Virus record (IMG/VR): IMGVR_UViG_3300022868_000009
Coordinates: 248,001-312,000 of that record
Length of the DNA stretch: 64,000 nucleotides
Direction: 5' to 3' (one strand)
This document shows positions 21,892-32,172 of the stretch, one piece after another. The first letter of the stretch is position 1. Every line of letters begins with the position of its first letter. The notes under the pieces are model-generated. The model ran no database searches and was not told where the DNA came from. It saw nothing but the letters and a program-made list of their open reading frames with translations. Made by a program: the position numbers and the translations under genes.

Positions 21892-22284
21892 TTATAATGT
21901 AGGTAAATTTGAAGTTGGTCCTGACATTAATCGACCAGATTGTTTTGCTGGCATATAAACCCATTTTGTATGTTTTTTATCAATACCAATCAATCCTCTA
22001 AATTTATCTACTTCTGCTTCTTTTACTAATTCATCAACATCTTTTTTAGTTAACTTTAATTTAGTTCTATGTGTTTGTAAAATCTTTTGTTTATGTTTAG
22101 TATTTTTATTTAGTTTATTAAATTTTTCTAATATATCACCTTCTACACCAAGTTTTGTCATCAATTCAGTCCAACCTTTTTTTACTTTTTCTAAATTTGC
22201 TTTATCTTCTTTTGACATAAATGAAAAACCTTCATCTATTTGATTCTCTTTTGAGAATGATTCATATGTCATTAAATGTTTCAT
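21892..22284 (-). CDS. Basic hypothetical protein with CTS-like leader (MKHLMTYESFSKE)
   Basis: Leader motif; TAATATATA at 22311-22319. Confidence 0.6.
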   Translation of the reverse strand: MKHLMTYESFSKENQIDEGFSFMSKEDKANLEKVKKGWTELMTKLGVEGDILEKFNKLNKNTKHKQKILQTHRTKLKLTKKDVDELVKEAEVDKFRGLIGIDKKHTKWVYMPAKQSGRLMSGPTSNLPTL

Positions 22285-22402
22285 AATTTTAATTTTATTT
22301 TTCTTTATTTTATATATTAAACAAAAAAATTCATTTTTTAATCCATTGAAATTTTTAATTTTTGAAAAAATTCCGTATATTTAATTAAACTAAAACACTA
22401 AA

Positions 22403-22771
22403 ATGAAAAAATTAATTAAAATATTGATAACAATTTATAACGTAATATCAATACCTAGTATATTAATACACGAACTTCTACACATAATTGCAACCTATTT
22501 AACAGGAAACACAGTTAATTGGTATAATTCAGAATTTAGATGTTATCTAGACACCGGTGAAATGTATGCCTCTGTAGTAATTAATAAAAAATTAACAAAG
22601 GTAAAATCAGCAATAATATCTATGGCTCCTATATTTGCGGTATTGTTAACTCTATCTTTAAGTTTTATTTCCCCTTTCTTTATATATATATTAGCTTACC
22701 AAGCAACAACTTTCATATATTCATTACCAAGCAAAACCGATTTTGAAGATTTTTTAGACTTATTAGAATAA
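22403..22771 (+). CDS. Putative membrane zinc metalloprotease (HExxH, DUF3267/M50-like)
   Basis: IHELLH, then AP(I/F) and hydrophobic helices, PSKTD. Confidence 0.6.
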   Translation: MKKLIKILITIYNVISIPSILIHELLHIIATYLTGNTVNWYNSEFRCYLDTGEMYASVVINKKLTKVKSAIISMAPIFAVLLTLSLSFISPFFIYILAYQATTFIYSLPSKTDFEDFLDLLE

Positions 22772-22806
22772 TTATTATATATTAAATATAAAATAAAATT
22801 TTATTA

Positions 22807-23301
22807 ATGATCGGCCCTTTTGAAGGTAAATATGAGTTTCTAAGTAATTTCTACAATTTTTATAAGAAACATGGAATTATGATTTCATTCAATGGTATTG
22901 AATGTGAAACATCTGAACATGCATATCAAGCTGCAAAATCAACCACTTTTGATGATTTCATGTATGTTATGAATTCATCTACAGCATCAAAATCTAAAAA
23001 AAGAGGCAAAGAAATTAAGAAAAGAATTGATTGGAGAGAAGCTAAATTTAAAGTTATGTATGAAGTTTGTAGAAGAAAATTTGAAATACCAGAACTTAAA
23101 CAACTTTTGTTAAATACAGAAGAAGAAGAACTCATAGAACTTAATTGGTGGGGAGATGAAGTATTTGGTGTCAATAGCAATACAATGAAAGGCGAAAATC
23201 ATCTCGGTAAAATATTAATGAAAATAAGAGATGAGTTTAACGGTAAAGTTGATGAAAATAAATCAACTGGACTCGGCAAAATATTATTTCCAGATGAATG
23301 A
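22807..23301 (+). CDS. NADAR family protein (YbiA-like N-glycosidase/ADP-ribosyl hydrolase)
   Basis: FLSNFY, SEHAYQAAK, KF...LL.T, WGD..FG, GENHLGKILMKIR. Confidence 0.9.
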   Translation: MIGPFEGKYEFLSNFYNFYKKHGIMISFNGIECETSEHAYQAAKSTTFDDFMYVMNSSTASKSKKRGKEIKKRIDWREAKFKVMYEVCRRKFEIPELKQLLLNTEEEELIELNWWGDEVFGVNSNTMKGENHLGKILMKIRDEFNGKVDENKSTGLGKILFPDE

Positions 23302-23861
23302 TAATTATTGGTATTAGTGGAAAAATTGGTAGTGGTAAAGATACTGTCACCAATTCAATTATTAAAAACTTCAAAGAATACAAATTTAAAAATAAAAAAT
23401 TTGCACATTATGTTAAAAAAATCTGTGCACTTCTCACAGGTATAAATCTTAAAGTGCTCACTAATAGACAAACAAAAGAAAAATATCTAGAAGATTGGGG
23501 AATGACAGTTGGTAGGATGTTTCAATTAATAGGAACAGAATCAATTAGAAATAATTTACACCCTGATGCCTGGATTTTAACACTAGTTGCCAACAGCAAA
23601 GGACAAAATGTTATTATATCAGATGTAAGATTTAAAAATGAAGCAAATTACATAAAAAATAATGGTGGTATTCTAATAAGATTGGAAGGCGATCCAAAAG
23701 AAATAAGAGGAAAAGATGGTAGAGATTTAAATCATATATCAGAAACAGATTTAGACGATTATGAAGATTTTGACATAATATGGAACAACAAACCACCCAT
23801 CGAAAATCTCAAAAACTTAATGAAAATAATAAAAGATAAGATAAATGAAAAATATAACTAA
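23298..23861 (+). CDS. Deoxynucleoside monophosphate kinase (T4 gp1-like)
   Basis: IIGISGKIGSGKDT, Q.IGTE..R, ISDVRFKNE, HISE. Confidence 0.9.
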   Translation: MIIIGISGKIGSGKDTVTNSIIKNFKEYKFKNKKFAHYVKKICALLTGINLKVLTNRQTKEKYLEDWGMTVGRMFQLIGTESIRNNLHPDAWILTLVANSKGQNVIISDVRFKNEANYIKNNGGILIRLEGDPKEIRGKDGRDLNHISETDLDDYEDFDIIWNNKPPIENLKNLMKIIKDKINEKYN

Positions 23862-24162
23862 AGTTTATGAAATAAAAGACTCTAAAATTGATATAACAAT
23901 CAATTATGGTTTAGATAAAGAACAAATATTAAATCACCCAATATCTTTTGATGAAAAAAATCCACATATATTATATGTATTTCTTTCAAGTAAAGAAATG
24001 GAAAAACATACAGATTGGTTATGGGAAAATAAAGAAAATAATCCTTTCGTAGTTGTTATGTTAACACAATACGAAGAAAAAGATTTCGATGAAATAGAAT
24101 CAAGCATAGATTTATTATATACTTCTGTAAAAGAAAAATTTGAAAATAAGAATGACAATTAG
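23845..24162 (+). CDS. Hypothetical protein
   Basis: Operon-like overlap with neighbours. Confidence 0.5.
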   Translation: MKNITKVYEIKDSKIDITINYGLDKEQILNHPISFDEKNPHILYVFLSSKEMEKHTDWLWENKENNPFVVVMLTQYEEKDFDEIESSIDLLYTSVKEKFENKNDN

Positions 24163-24406
24163 TGAACTATTTGAAAAAGAAAGACCAATGTATGTTATTT
24201 GTGTAAAATCAGATTCAGCTTATAATGTATCTGAAGGTACAAAATATAAAATTGAATCTTATACTACTAGAAGTCTTAAATTATTCATGTTATTTAAAAA
24301 TGATAATAATGATGAATTAGAATTACAAGTAGGTGAATCTTCAAAACATTTTATACCAATTATTTCTGATAGAAAAAGAAAATTAGATAGAGTGAGAGGA
24401 TTATAA
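24140..24406 (+). CDS. Hypothetical protein
   Basis: Overlapping ORF; C-terminal RKRKLDRV. Confidence 0.5.
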   Translation: MKIRMTISELFEKERPMYVICVKSDSAYNVSEGTKYKIESYTTRSLKLFMLFKNDNNDELELQVGESSKHFIPIISDRKRKLDRVRGL

Positions 24407-24691
24407 TTATCTTTTAACATCTCTAATAACTTTATCCATTCCTTTTTTCATATCTTCTATTAAAGATAATATAGTTTTATATTGTGGATCTTTTTTATGA
24501 TATTTATCTAATTCTTGATATAATCTTTGTAATTCTTCTTCAAAATCTGGTCGTTTATTTTGTTTGCCAGTTTTTATTCCTTTAGTATAAACAGTTCCTT
24601 CCTCATCTACAAACCTATTTCTCCAATTCCAACCTATAGGCCCAATTTTATTTTCATTAACATAATCATCAAAATTACAAATATGTTTCAT
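24407..24691 (-). CDS. Hypothetical protein with CTS-like leader (MKHICNFDDYVNE)
   Basis: Leader motif. Confidence 0.55.
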   Translation of the reverse strand: MKHICNFDDYVNENKIGPIGWNWRNRFVDEEGTVYTKGIKTGKQNKRPDFEEELQRLYQELDKYHKKDPQYKTILSLIEDMKKGMDKVIRDVKR

Positions 24692-24773
24692 AATATTTAG
24701 ATATTTTTATCTAAATATTAAAAAACTTAAATTATTTTTTATACTAAGTAAGTAAATCTAAAATTTTAACTTC

Positions 24774-25205
24774 ATGAAAAAAACTATGACGATTGATTAT
24801 AACGAATATATGTCTTTAATCAATAGTAAAGATGAACTTCGAAAACAAATGGAAATACTTAAAAAAGAAGTCTTTAAGAAAAACGAAGAATTATCTTTTA
24901 TTAAAGATAATGCGGAAGAAATATTAGTAATTGAAAAAACAGAAGATGGTTCAAAAATAGAAAGCAGAAGAAAAGAAAAAGATGTTATATCAAGTATTGT
25001 TAATGAAAATATGAAATTAATGGAAAAATTAGAAAAGACAAAAGAAAAATTATCAGAACTTAAAGATGAGTTTGATTTAATAAAATATGAATATGAAGAT
25101 TATTTAAAACTAAACCATGAATTAAAAATAAATAATTTTGAAAATAAAATTCAAAAATTAGAAAAAAGAAATATTCTACAAAGAATAATAAATAAAAAAC
25201 AATGA
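24774..25205 (+). CDS. Coiled-coil hypothetical protein
   Basis: E/K-rich heptads. Confidence 0.55.
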   Translation: MKKTMTIDYNEYMSLINSKDELRKQMEILKKEVFKKNEELSFIKDNAEEILVIEKTEDGSKIESRRKEKDVISSIVNENMKLMEKLEKTKEKLSELKDEFDLIKYEYEDYLKLNHELKINNFENKIQKLEKRNILQRIINKKQ

Positions 25206-25525
25206 AAATGGCTTTTATCTATTTAATTGAAAGTGACAACGAACATGAAAAATTATATAAGATAGGTTTTACAAGAAATAACGATGTCAAAAAAAGATTA
25301 AAACAACTTAAAATTGGTAATACATCTAAATTAACAATAATAGAAAAATTTGAAACAAACCACAATAGAAAAGTAGAAATTACACTACACAATATTTATT
25401 CAGTAAAAAATATTGATGGAGAATGGTTTAAACTTGAAAATTATGATGTTGATAATTTTTTAGAAAATTGTTCTAAAATTGAAAAAAATTTTGACCTACT
25501 TGAAAATGAAAACCCATATTATTAA
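25202..25525 (+). CDS. GIY-YIG superfamily protein (T5orf172/MUG113-like)
   Basis: FIYLI...YKIGFT...RLKQL..GN...E..LH...GEWF. Confidence 0.85.
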   Translation: MKMAFIYLIESDNEHEKLYKIGFTRNNDVKKRLKQLKIGNTSKLTIIEKFETNHNRKVEITLHNIYSVKNIDGEWFKLENYDVDNFLENCSKIEKNFDLLENENPYY

Positions 25526-25543
25526 AAAATAAATATATTATAT

Positions 25544-26041
25544 ATGCAAATTACAATAACACCAAATGATATTATAGAAAGATGTCTATGGTATGAATAT
25601 AAAAAGTTTTGTCTTAAAGACAAATCAGAACAAGAAATAGAAGAATTAATAATTGAAAACAAACCTTTTGTTATTACAGAAAATAACGCATATGTAACTG
25701 GATTATTGAAAATAATATCAACTAATAACTTAACACATAGATTTAAACAATATATAAATGAATTACTAGATATAAGATCAATTATTTATGAAAATAACGT
25801 TTATATAAATAAAATAATTCTAATGAAAGAATCTATTTCATTTAAAAATAGATTTCCTATATCATATAATCCAGACTTATCATTTAAATTAGCTCTAGAA
25901 GAAATGAACAATTTTATCAATACTGTAGTAAAAGAATTTGATAAACTTGAAGTAATTGAAGTTAGTAGAAAAATTAAAGGACAAATTAAAAAATATAATT
26001 GTGTTAAATCTACACAAATAGCAAAATTAGTTAAACTTTAA
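25544..26041 (+). CDS. Hypothetical protein
   Basis: 165 aa ORF. Confidence 0.55.
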   Translation: MQITITPNDIIERCLWYEYKKFCLKDKSEQEIEELIIENKPFVITENNAYVTGLLKIISTNNLTHRFKQYINELLDIRSIIYENNVYINKIILMKESISFKNRFPISYNPDLSFKLALEEMNNFINTVVKEFDKLEVIEVSRKIKGQIKKYNCVKSTQIAKLVKL

Positions 26042-26499
26042 ATTGTTTTAGGGTAACCATTAATAACAAGATCATTTGATATTTTATCTGTTTGTCTAGT
26101 TCCTAAATCGGTTTGTAAAGCAGGAGAATTATTTGATCTGTACATAGCAACAATATCAGTGCTCTTGATAGTGGCTTCAGGAGCATTTCTAAATAAACTA
26201 CCTTCAATATTAAAATCAACAGTATAACTATTCTTTGAATTTACTTTAATAATTTTAACAGGAGTCATATCACCAGTTTGCCAATATCTTATCATTACAA
26301 CATCCCCAGTCGTGTAAACATTACCAACTTCATGATTATGTGAAATATCATCTTCTAATTTCTTAATCTTATTCTTAGTTTTAAGATAATCATCATCATT
26401 AAAATTCAACTTCTTTAAATACTTATTTAATTTTGCAATATCTTTTTGTTTACCTTTAAAAGATTCATTTAATTCGTTATACGTTAGAAGATGTTTCAT
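26038..26499 (-). CDS. Tudor/KOW-like domain protein with CTS-like leader ([12 protein letters not shown])
   Basis: GDVVMIRYW...VKIIKV...YTVDF SH3-like barrel pattern. Confidence 0.55.
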   Translation of the reverse strand: MKHLLTYNELNESFKGKQKDIAKLNKYLKKLNFNDDDYLKTKNKIKKLEDDISHNHEVGNVYTTGDVVMIRYWQTGDMTPVKIIKVNSKNSYTVDFNIEGSLFRNAPEATIKSTDIVAMYRSNNSPALQTDLGTRQTDKISNDLVINGYPKTI

Positions 26500-26834
26500 G
26501 TTTTTAATAATATTAAGTTCTTATCACAAATATCATATATTTTATTATATATAGAATTTGAATTTTGTAAATCAGTTTGCAATATATTTAATTCTTTTAC
26601 TAAATCATCCCAACATTGACACTTTTCCAATATTTCTAATTTTTTAGTTTTAAATAAATTGATCAATTCTTTAACAAAATTAGGTTCATCAATTGTAGAA
26701 TTAGTAAAATTATTCCAAGTTTGAGATATATCTACAACGATATTCCAATCTATATCAGATTCAAATTGAACATCACCATCAAATATTAATTTTCCGGTTT
26801 GTTGTTCTTTAATATATTGATTATATTTTTTCAT
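26496..26834 (-). CDS. Hypothetical protein with CTS-like leader ([10 protein letters not shown])
   Basis: Leader motif. Confidence 0.55.
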   Translation of the reverse strand: MKKYNQYIKEQQTGKLIFDGDVQFESDIDWNIVVDISQTWNNFTNSTIDEPNFVKELINLFKTKKLEILEKCQCWDDLVKELNILQTDLQNSNSIYNKIYDICDKNLILLKT

Positions 26835-26958
26835 ATTTTATTCATAAATGCTTTTTTCATAATAATTTTATTTTCTTTTCTGATCCAATAAGGTCATTTC
26901 AATTATTAGGACCAACATTAAATACAAGAAATGAATTTTTTAGGGCTAATTATCTTCA

Positions 26959-28797
26959 TCATTTTGAGGGAAGTATATGAGATAAAATTCCGGTATTAAG
27001 CGTAGTTAGGTATAAATTTCCATCAACAGTAATAAGTTGTTTACTTTGACTTGCAGATATATTCATAGTTGCACTACCATCTATCAATTCTCCACCTTCT
27101 GTTTGAATAAGTATCTCTTTTCCAACAGCCGCTGAAAAAGGTATAATTGTTAGTTTTCTACCCTCAATCGCAATTTGTGCGGATAAAATAGTCATTGTAA
27201 CTGCTGTCGTTGAATTAATAAAAATGACATTATCTGTTGATAATACAGTATAACCACTTGTTGAACCAGATATTTTAGTCACATTAATATAATTGGCTTG
27301 TTTTGAATATAAATCACCATTTATATCTAATGTTCTACTTGAAAAATCACCATCTAATAAAGGTGAATTTGTTGTTGTATTATCAATCATTAATCTATTT
27401 GAAAAAGACACTAAACTATCTTTACCAACATCATAACCAATTATAATATTATCTTCAAATGTTAAACCAGTTGTCTCAGTTGAGAATGCACCGGAGCCAA
27501 TACTAACATTTCTGTTATATGTAGCGGCTTTTTGAGCATTATTGTTTCCAATAAAAACATTTCTTTGCCCACCTATAACATATCTACAACAATTATTACC
27601 AATAGCAACATTTTGTTTATCATCAGTTGTATCACCTATTACACCACCTGCTTCATGTCCTATAAAAGTATTTGATGAGCCTTCTTTTATTCCCATGCCA
27701 GACTTATAACCAAGTGTTGTGTTTTTTGTACCAGTGGTTAAACCAGAACTTGAATATTGTCCTATATGAAGCGACTCAGTTCCAAATAGTATATAATCTT
27801 TATTATATATTTTCGTACCATCAAATGTTAAATTACTTGAAGAACCTAAAACATCACCATCATTAAATTGTATTTCTGTATCAGAACCTGCCACTAAACT
27901 TGTATTAGCACTTAAAAAATTATTATTTGCTTGTGTTTCTGTATAAACATCAGCAATACTATATCCTGAAATTGTAGTCGGTGTTGATGTTATATCACTC
28001 CAACCAAGATTTCCATAAAATGTTGTAGCTGTTATTATTGTTGAATTTATTGTTGATGAACTTAAACTAATAAAAAATGCTTCACCATTACCTTTAACAT
28101 ATCCATTTATTGTTGTAGCACTAGATTGAAATGTTACAACATTATCAAAATCTGAACCACTACCAACTCTAAAGTCAACTGACCCTCTAGTCGAATCCGT
28201 TAATATTTCAGGTGTAGGTGTTGAATTATTATAAGCATTTTGTAGGTTTGTTATAGAACTGAGACTAACATATGTTTCTACCCAATCTTGGCTCGCTAAA
28301 GTTTCTCCACTAAATAAAAAATTAGAACCACTAATACTTAATGGTATTTGATCTAAATAAATTGTGCCACCAGATACCCATATATCTTTCCATTGTCTAC
28401 CAGTAGAACCTAATGAATATATACCATCAACGATAGGAACCAAATCACCAGTAATACCAGTAGAACCAGATAATGTTATATATCGATCATCAAGAACACC
28501 ATCTTCAAGTTGTACTTTTGTATAATATTCAACATAAATATTTTGTATTAATTCTTTTTTGATAGTATTTAATTTCTGTAATGCCTGTATTGCGATATCA
28601 GATGTTTCAAAATCTAAATTTAAATCAACATCATCTTCTTGTTTTATAATAACATAATTGTTTTTATAATAAAAATATGATAAATTTGGCGTGACATTAT
28701 ACTGAAAATTATCATATTTGTCGTATAATCTTATTCTATTGTCACTAGTATCTGGGATTTGTATGAAATTATCTAATTTATAATTAAAAGTAGCCAT
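26959..28797 (-). CDS. Fibre/spike-like virion protein with beta-roll repeats
   Basis: NTTLGYKSG / NTFIGHEAG / NVAIG / NVFIG repeats; N-terminus shared with 29212-30414. Confidence 0.65.
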   Translation of the reverse strand: MATFNYKLDNFIQIPDTSDNRIRLYDKYDNFQYNVTPNLSYFYYKNNYVIIKQEDDVDLNLDFETSDIAIQALQKLNTIKKELIQNIYVEYYTKVQLEDGVLDDRYITLSGSTGITGDLVPIVDGIYSLGSTGRQWKDIWVSGGTIYLDQIPLSISGSNFLFSGETLASQDWVETYVSLSSITNLQNAYNNSTPTPEILTDSTRGSVDFRVGSGSDFDNVVTFQSSATTINGYVKGNGEAFFISLSSSTINSTIITATTFYGNLGWSDITSTPTTISGYSIADVYTETQANNNFLSANTSLVAGSDTEIQFNDGDVLGSSSNLTFDGTKIYNKDYILFGTESLHIGQYSSSGLTTGTKNTTLGYKSGMGIKEGSSNTFIGHEAGGVIGDTTDDKQNVAIGNNCCRYVIGGQRNVFIGNNNAQKAATYNRNVSIGSGAFSTETTGLTFEDNIIIGYDVGKDSLVSFSNRLMIDNTTTNSPLLDGDFSSRTLDINGDLYSKQANYINVTKISGSTSGYTVLSTDNVIFINSTTAVTMTILSAQIAIEGRKLTIIPFSAAVGKEILIQTEGGELIDGSATMNISASQSKQLITVDGNLYLTTLNTGILSHILPSK

Positions 28798-28924
28798 GAA
28801 AAAGAATAATATTTTTAACTATATATTAATTAAAAATACCAAAAAACCTTGTTTTACATCAATTCTACATTAATCCTACATAATTTTTACATTTTTTCAT
28901 GAAAATCTATTTATATATAAGATT

Positions 28925-29230
28925 ATGAAAAAAATGAAAACAATCGTAATTCAAGAAGATTTACACACAAAACTCAAAAAATATTGTAAAGATAACAATA
29001 TTAAAATAAATGAATATGTAGAAAAAATAATTTTAGATCATTTACAATTCACATTAGAAAGTGAATCACAACTTCCATTAGTTTTAAAAAATTCTAAAAA
29101 TGAAATAGTAGAAACAATTATATGTTCTTCAATTTCTAGAGAATATCAAAAAAATATGCCAATAGAAATAACTTTAATTAGAAATGTTGGTGATGAGGGT
29201 CATATAGGAAATTATTCTATTAATCTATAA
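28925..29230 (+). CDS. Ribbon-helix-helix DNA-binding protein
   Basis: KTIVIQEDLHTKLKKYCKDNNIKINEYVEKII. Confidence 0.6.
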   Translation: MKKMKTIVIQEDLHTKLKKYCKDNNIKINEYVEKIILDHLQFTLESESQLPLVLKNSKNEIVETIICSSISREYQKNMPIEITLIRNVGDEGHIGNYSINL

Positions 29231-30414
29231 ATATATCTAAATGTTCCATCACCAGTATAATATGGTGTAATTATACAACCTGTAGAAGTATCTATTGATA
29301 TAACATCCCATTCATCCATTGTAGCATCATTAATTTGATAATTATGTGTCCATATAGCTGCATCAACGCCGTCACCTTTTAGAATTCTTAATTCACCTTC
29401 TTGTCTATTAGTACCATTAAGAATAATATAATCTACAATAATAGCATTCCAATTTGTATTTGTTGTTACTGTTGTGTTACCACTAGCATCTGAAATATTT
29501 GTAGTTGCATCATCACTATTAATTATAACTGCATTATCAGTAACATCAACATTTAAACCAGTACCACCAACAAATGTTAGAGTGTCACCTAAATCTACGA
29601 AATCAGTTCCAGTATCACCTGAAATAGTGAAACCACTGTTTACAAGAGAAGCATTTTCAATACTATTAGCATCTATACCAATTGTTAATGATTGAGTTGC
29701 CCAATTAATAACTGATTCAGTGATATTTAAACCATCACTAGCACTTATGGTAATACCTGAAAGATATCTACCTTCTAAACTAATATTAGGAACTGCAGTA
29801 TCATTTCTATATAATATTAAATTACCATCAACTATACTAAATGTACCACCTGTGACAAATATATCTTCAGTTGATGCACTTAAAAAATTTTCATTAACTT
29901 GTGTTTTAGTATAATAATTTGTTAATCCACTAATACTACCAGTAATTATTTCACTACCATTAAAATATAAATCATCACCAGAAACATATAGAGATAAACC
30001 ACTAATTGTTACTAAAGTTGAACATATATTAAACCATTGTTTAGTATATGATCCAAGTGAGTGTGTTGCATCTGTTAATGGAACTAAATCACCGTATATA
30101 TTACTAGAACCAGAAAGTGGTATATACTCATAAATACCAGGTTCTGATGTTCTATTTAAAAAGTATTTTTTAATAGTATTTAATTTTACCAAAGCACATT
30201 CAGATTCATTGTTATCAGCAAAATCTAATACATTATTATAATTTTTCTTATTTTCAACCAACATATATACAAATCTACTCTTTGCATAAAAAGATGTAAC
30301 GTAAGGATCTAGAGAAAATCTATGGACTCCCCTAATATCATATATTTGTATAGCAGTATCATTTATACTTGGTGTCTGTACAAAAGAATCACAAGAATAA
30401 TTATATGTTGACAT
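29212..30414 (-). CDS. Fibre-like virion protein, paralogue of 26959-28797
   Basis: Shared N-terminal domain (NY..D.F.Q.P...LDF...KLNTIKK) and LSGS..I.GDLVP...SLGS...QW. Confidence 0.6.
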   Translation of the reverse strand: MSTYNYSCDSFVQTPSINDTAIQIYDIRGVHRFSLDPYVTSFYAKSRFVYMLVENKKNYNNVLDFADNNESECALVKLNTIKKYFLNRTSEPGIYEYIPLSGSSNIYGDLVPLTDATHSLGSYTKQWFNICSTLVTISGLSLYVSGDDLYFNGSEIITGSISGLTNYYTKTQVNENFLSASTEDIFVTGGTFSIVDGNLILYRNDTAVPNISLEGRYLSGITISASDGLNITESVINWATQSLTIGIDANSIENASLVNSGFTISGDTGTDFVDLGDTLTFVGGTGLNVDVTDNAVIINSDDATTNISDASGNTTVTTNTNWNAIIVDYIILNGTNRQEGELRILKGDGVDAAIWTHNYQINDATMDEWDVISIDTSTGCIITPYYTGDGTFRYIYRLIE

Positions 30415-30418
30415 AATA

Positions 30419-32122
30419 TTATGTTATAATAGTTTTAGTAGTTGTACCTGTTAATTGTGAAAAGTTAACCACATTAAAATCAGCGACATAAGTTTGACCA
30501 CTCGATAATGGGAACACAACACCAGAAACATATACACTACTCACACCTAAACTAGGTTCGAATGTATCAGTAATACCAGAAACCATTTCAGTTATTAATT
30601 CAGATTCAGTATAACCAGATAATGTTGCACCAGTTGAACCTGATATAATAGGCACATCATATGAATCATAGAAATTAATAGTAGCCGCAGATAATTCATA
30701 AACCACTAATGATATTTCAGATGAATAACCTCTATTACCTACTGTATCATCAGCATAAAATTTAAATGGATATTCTCCAACATATTCTATCATTCCAGTG
30801 TCACCTGAAAATGTCACAGCTGATGTTGAACCAGAAATATATGAATTACTCTTACTAATAACACCATCAACGGCATCATAAATACCTTCTATATAATAAT
30901 CTTTTAATTCAGCACCAGTAATAAACGGATCACTTGGATAATATAAATACAATGTATTAGATACATCATATAAAGTAAATTCAGGAGCCGTAGAATCAAC
31001 TATTAAATCTTTAACATCTGTAACTCTATTATTTGCTATATCAGCGACAGAGAAAACTAGTTCATAATTACCATCCTGACTTATATAATCTATTTCCTCT
31101 AAAGAACCAACTCTTGTAATAGTAACACCTACATTATCAACAGATATCACACCATCTCTAGGAATAGTATTACCACTATCAGCATAATCATAAACAGATG
31201 AGATAAAGTAACTTCTAATATCGCCCTTACTTATAGTAGGATTTAATGGTAATGTATTAACACTATGTGAAATATAAGTTATTAATGGAACTTGTGAATC
31301 TATAATTGGATATGTTCCACCACTAGCAGGATTTGCTAAATATCTAGTACTTTGACTCTCCATAACCCAATTAATTCTACTATTAGCTTGGTAAGCATTA
31401 AACTCACTTAAAAAACTTAATTTAGCTTTATCATCATGTGTTGTTGTAACAATCAAATCACTACCATCTTGTTCTATTATATCAATTTCAGCATAAGTTA
31501 AAACTAATTGTGGTATATAATTTAAATCCAATATTTCTAATTGTGTAGATCCAGTATTACCAAACATATCATATATTTGATCTGATGATATAGAATTAAA
31601 GAATAAACCACTAAATGTTTGTGCTGCTGATAATACAGCAGAAATAGTGCAATCACCAACATTTGCAACCATAACTTCAACTTCAACAGCGTTATCATTT
31701 GGATTATATAAATAAACTTGTGGTATTCTGTGTTGTTCAGTACCAGTTAAAATCATAAAATTAGACATATATCTCTTAGTCAAAGCATCATCTTCAAAAT
31801 AATACTCCAAATAAGATTGTGTATCACAACATATAGATGTAACATTATTACAACAACTAGCCTGACTAACTGTAGAATCATAATTAACCTTAATCATAAG
31901 ATATGTAATATCTGTACCCAAAAATCCATACATTATTGGTTTATCAGCTTCACCAGATTCCAATTTCATTTTTGATACGAAAAATGTTTCATATGGTATA
32001 TTTAAATCACTTAAACTTAATTTACCCACAATATTAGGGCCTTCTGCAACTATCATACTACAGTCGTAATTAGTGATATATTTATTTGTTGATTGTAATA
32101 ATTGACTTGGCTTTATTTTCAT
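30419..32122 (-). CDS. Virion protein with Ig-like repeats; start probably 32122 (MKIKPSQ)
   Basis: DG.Y.L.FSV.D.ANN and YPFKFYADD.VGN Ig-like ends; the longer call overlaps the divergent gene and promoter. Confidence 0.55.
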   Translation of the reverse strand: MKIKPSQLLQSTNKYITNYDCSMIVAEGPNIVGKLSLSDLNIPYETFFVSKMKLESGEADKPIMYGFLGTDITYLMIKVNYDSTVSQASCCNNVTSICCDTQSYLEYYFEDDALTKRYMSNFMILTGTEQHRIPQVYLYNPNDNAVEVEVMVANVGDCTISAVLSAAQTFSGLFFNSISSDQIYDMFGNTGSTQLEILDLNYIPQLVLTYAEIDIIEQDGSDLIVTTTHDDKAKLSFLSEFNAYQANSRINWVMESQSTRYLANPASGGTYPIIDSQVPLITYISHSVNTLPLNPTISKGDIRSYFISSVYDYADSGNTIPRDGVISVDNVGVTITRVGSLEEIDYISQDGNYELVFSVADIANNRVTDVKDLIVDSTAPEFTLYDVSNTLYLYYPSDPFITGAELKDYYIEGIYDAVDGVISKSNSYISGSTSAVTFSGDTGMIEYVGEYPFKFYADDTVGNRGYSSEISLVVYELSAATINFYDSYDVPIISGSTGATLSGYTESELITEMVSGITDTFEPSLGVSSVYVSGVVFPLSSGQTYVADFNVVNFSQLTGTTTKTIIT

Positions 32123-32172
32123 TTTCTGATATACTTTTTTTAATATATATAAAAAAATCATACTGATTTTAA

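Noticed and set aside
25202-25525. Mobile homing endonuclease or intron
   Set aside because: Short stand-alone T5orf172-type domain with no interrupted host gene or intron structure visible.
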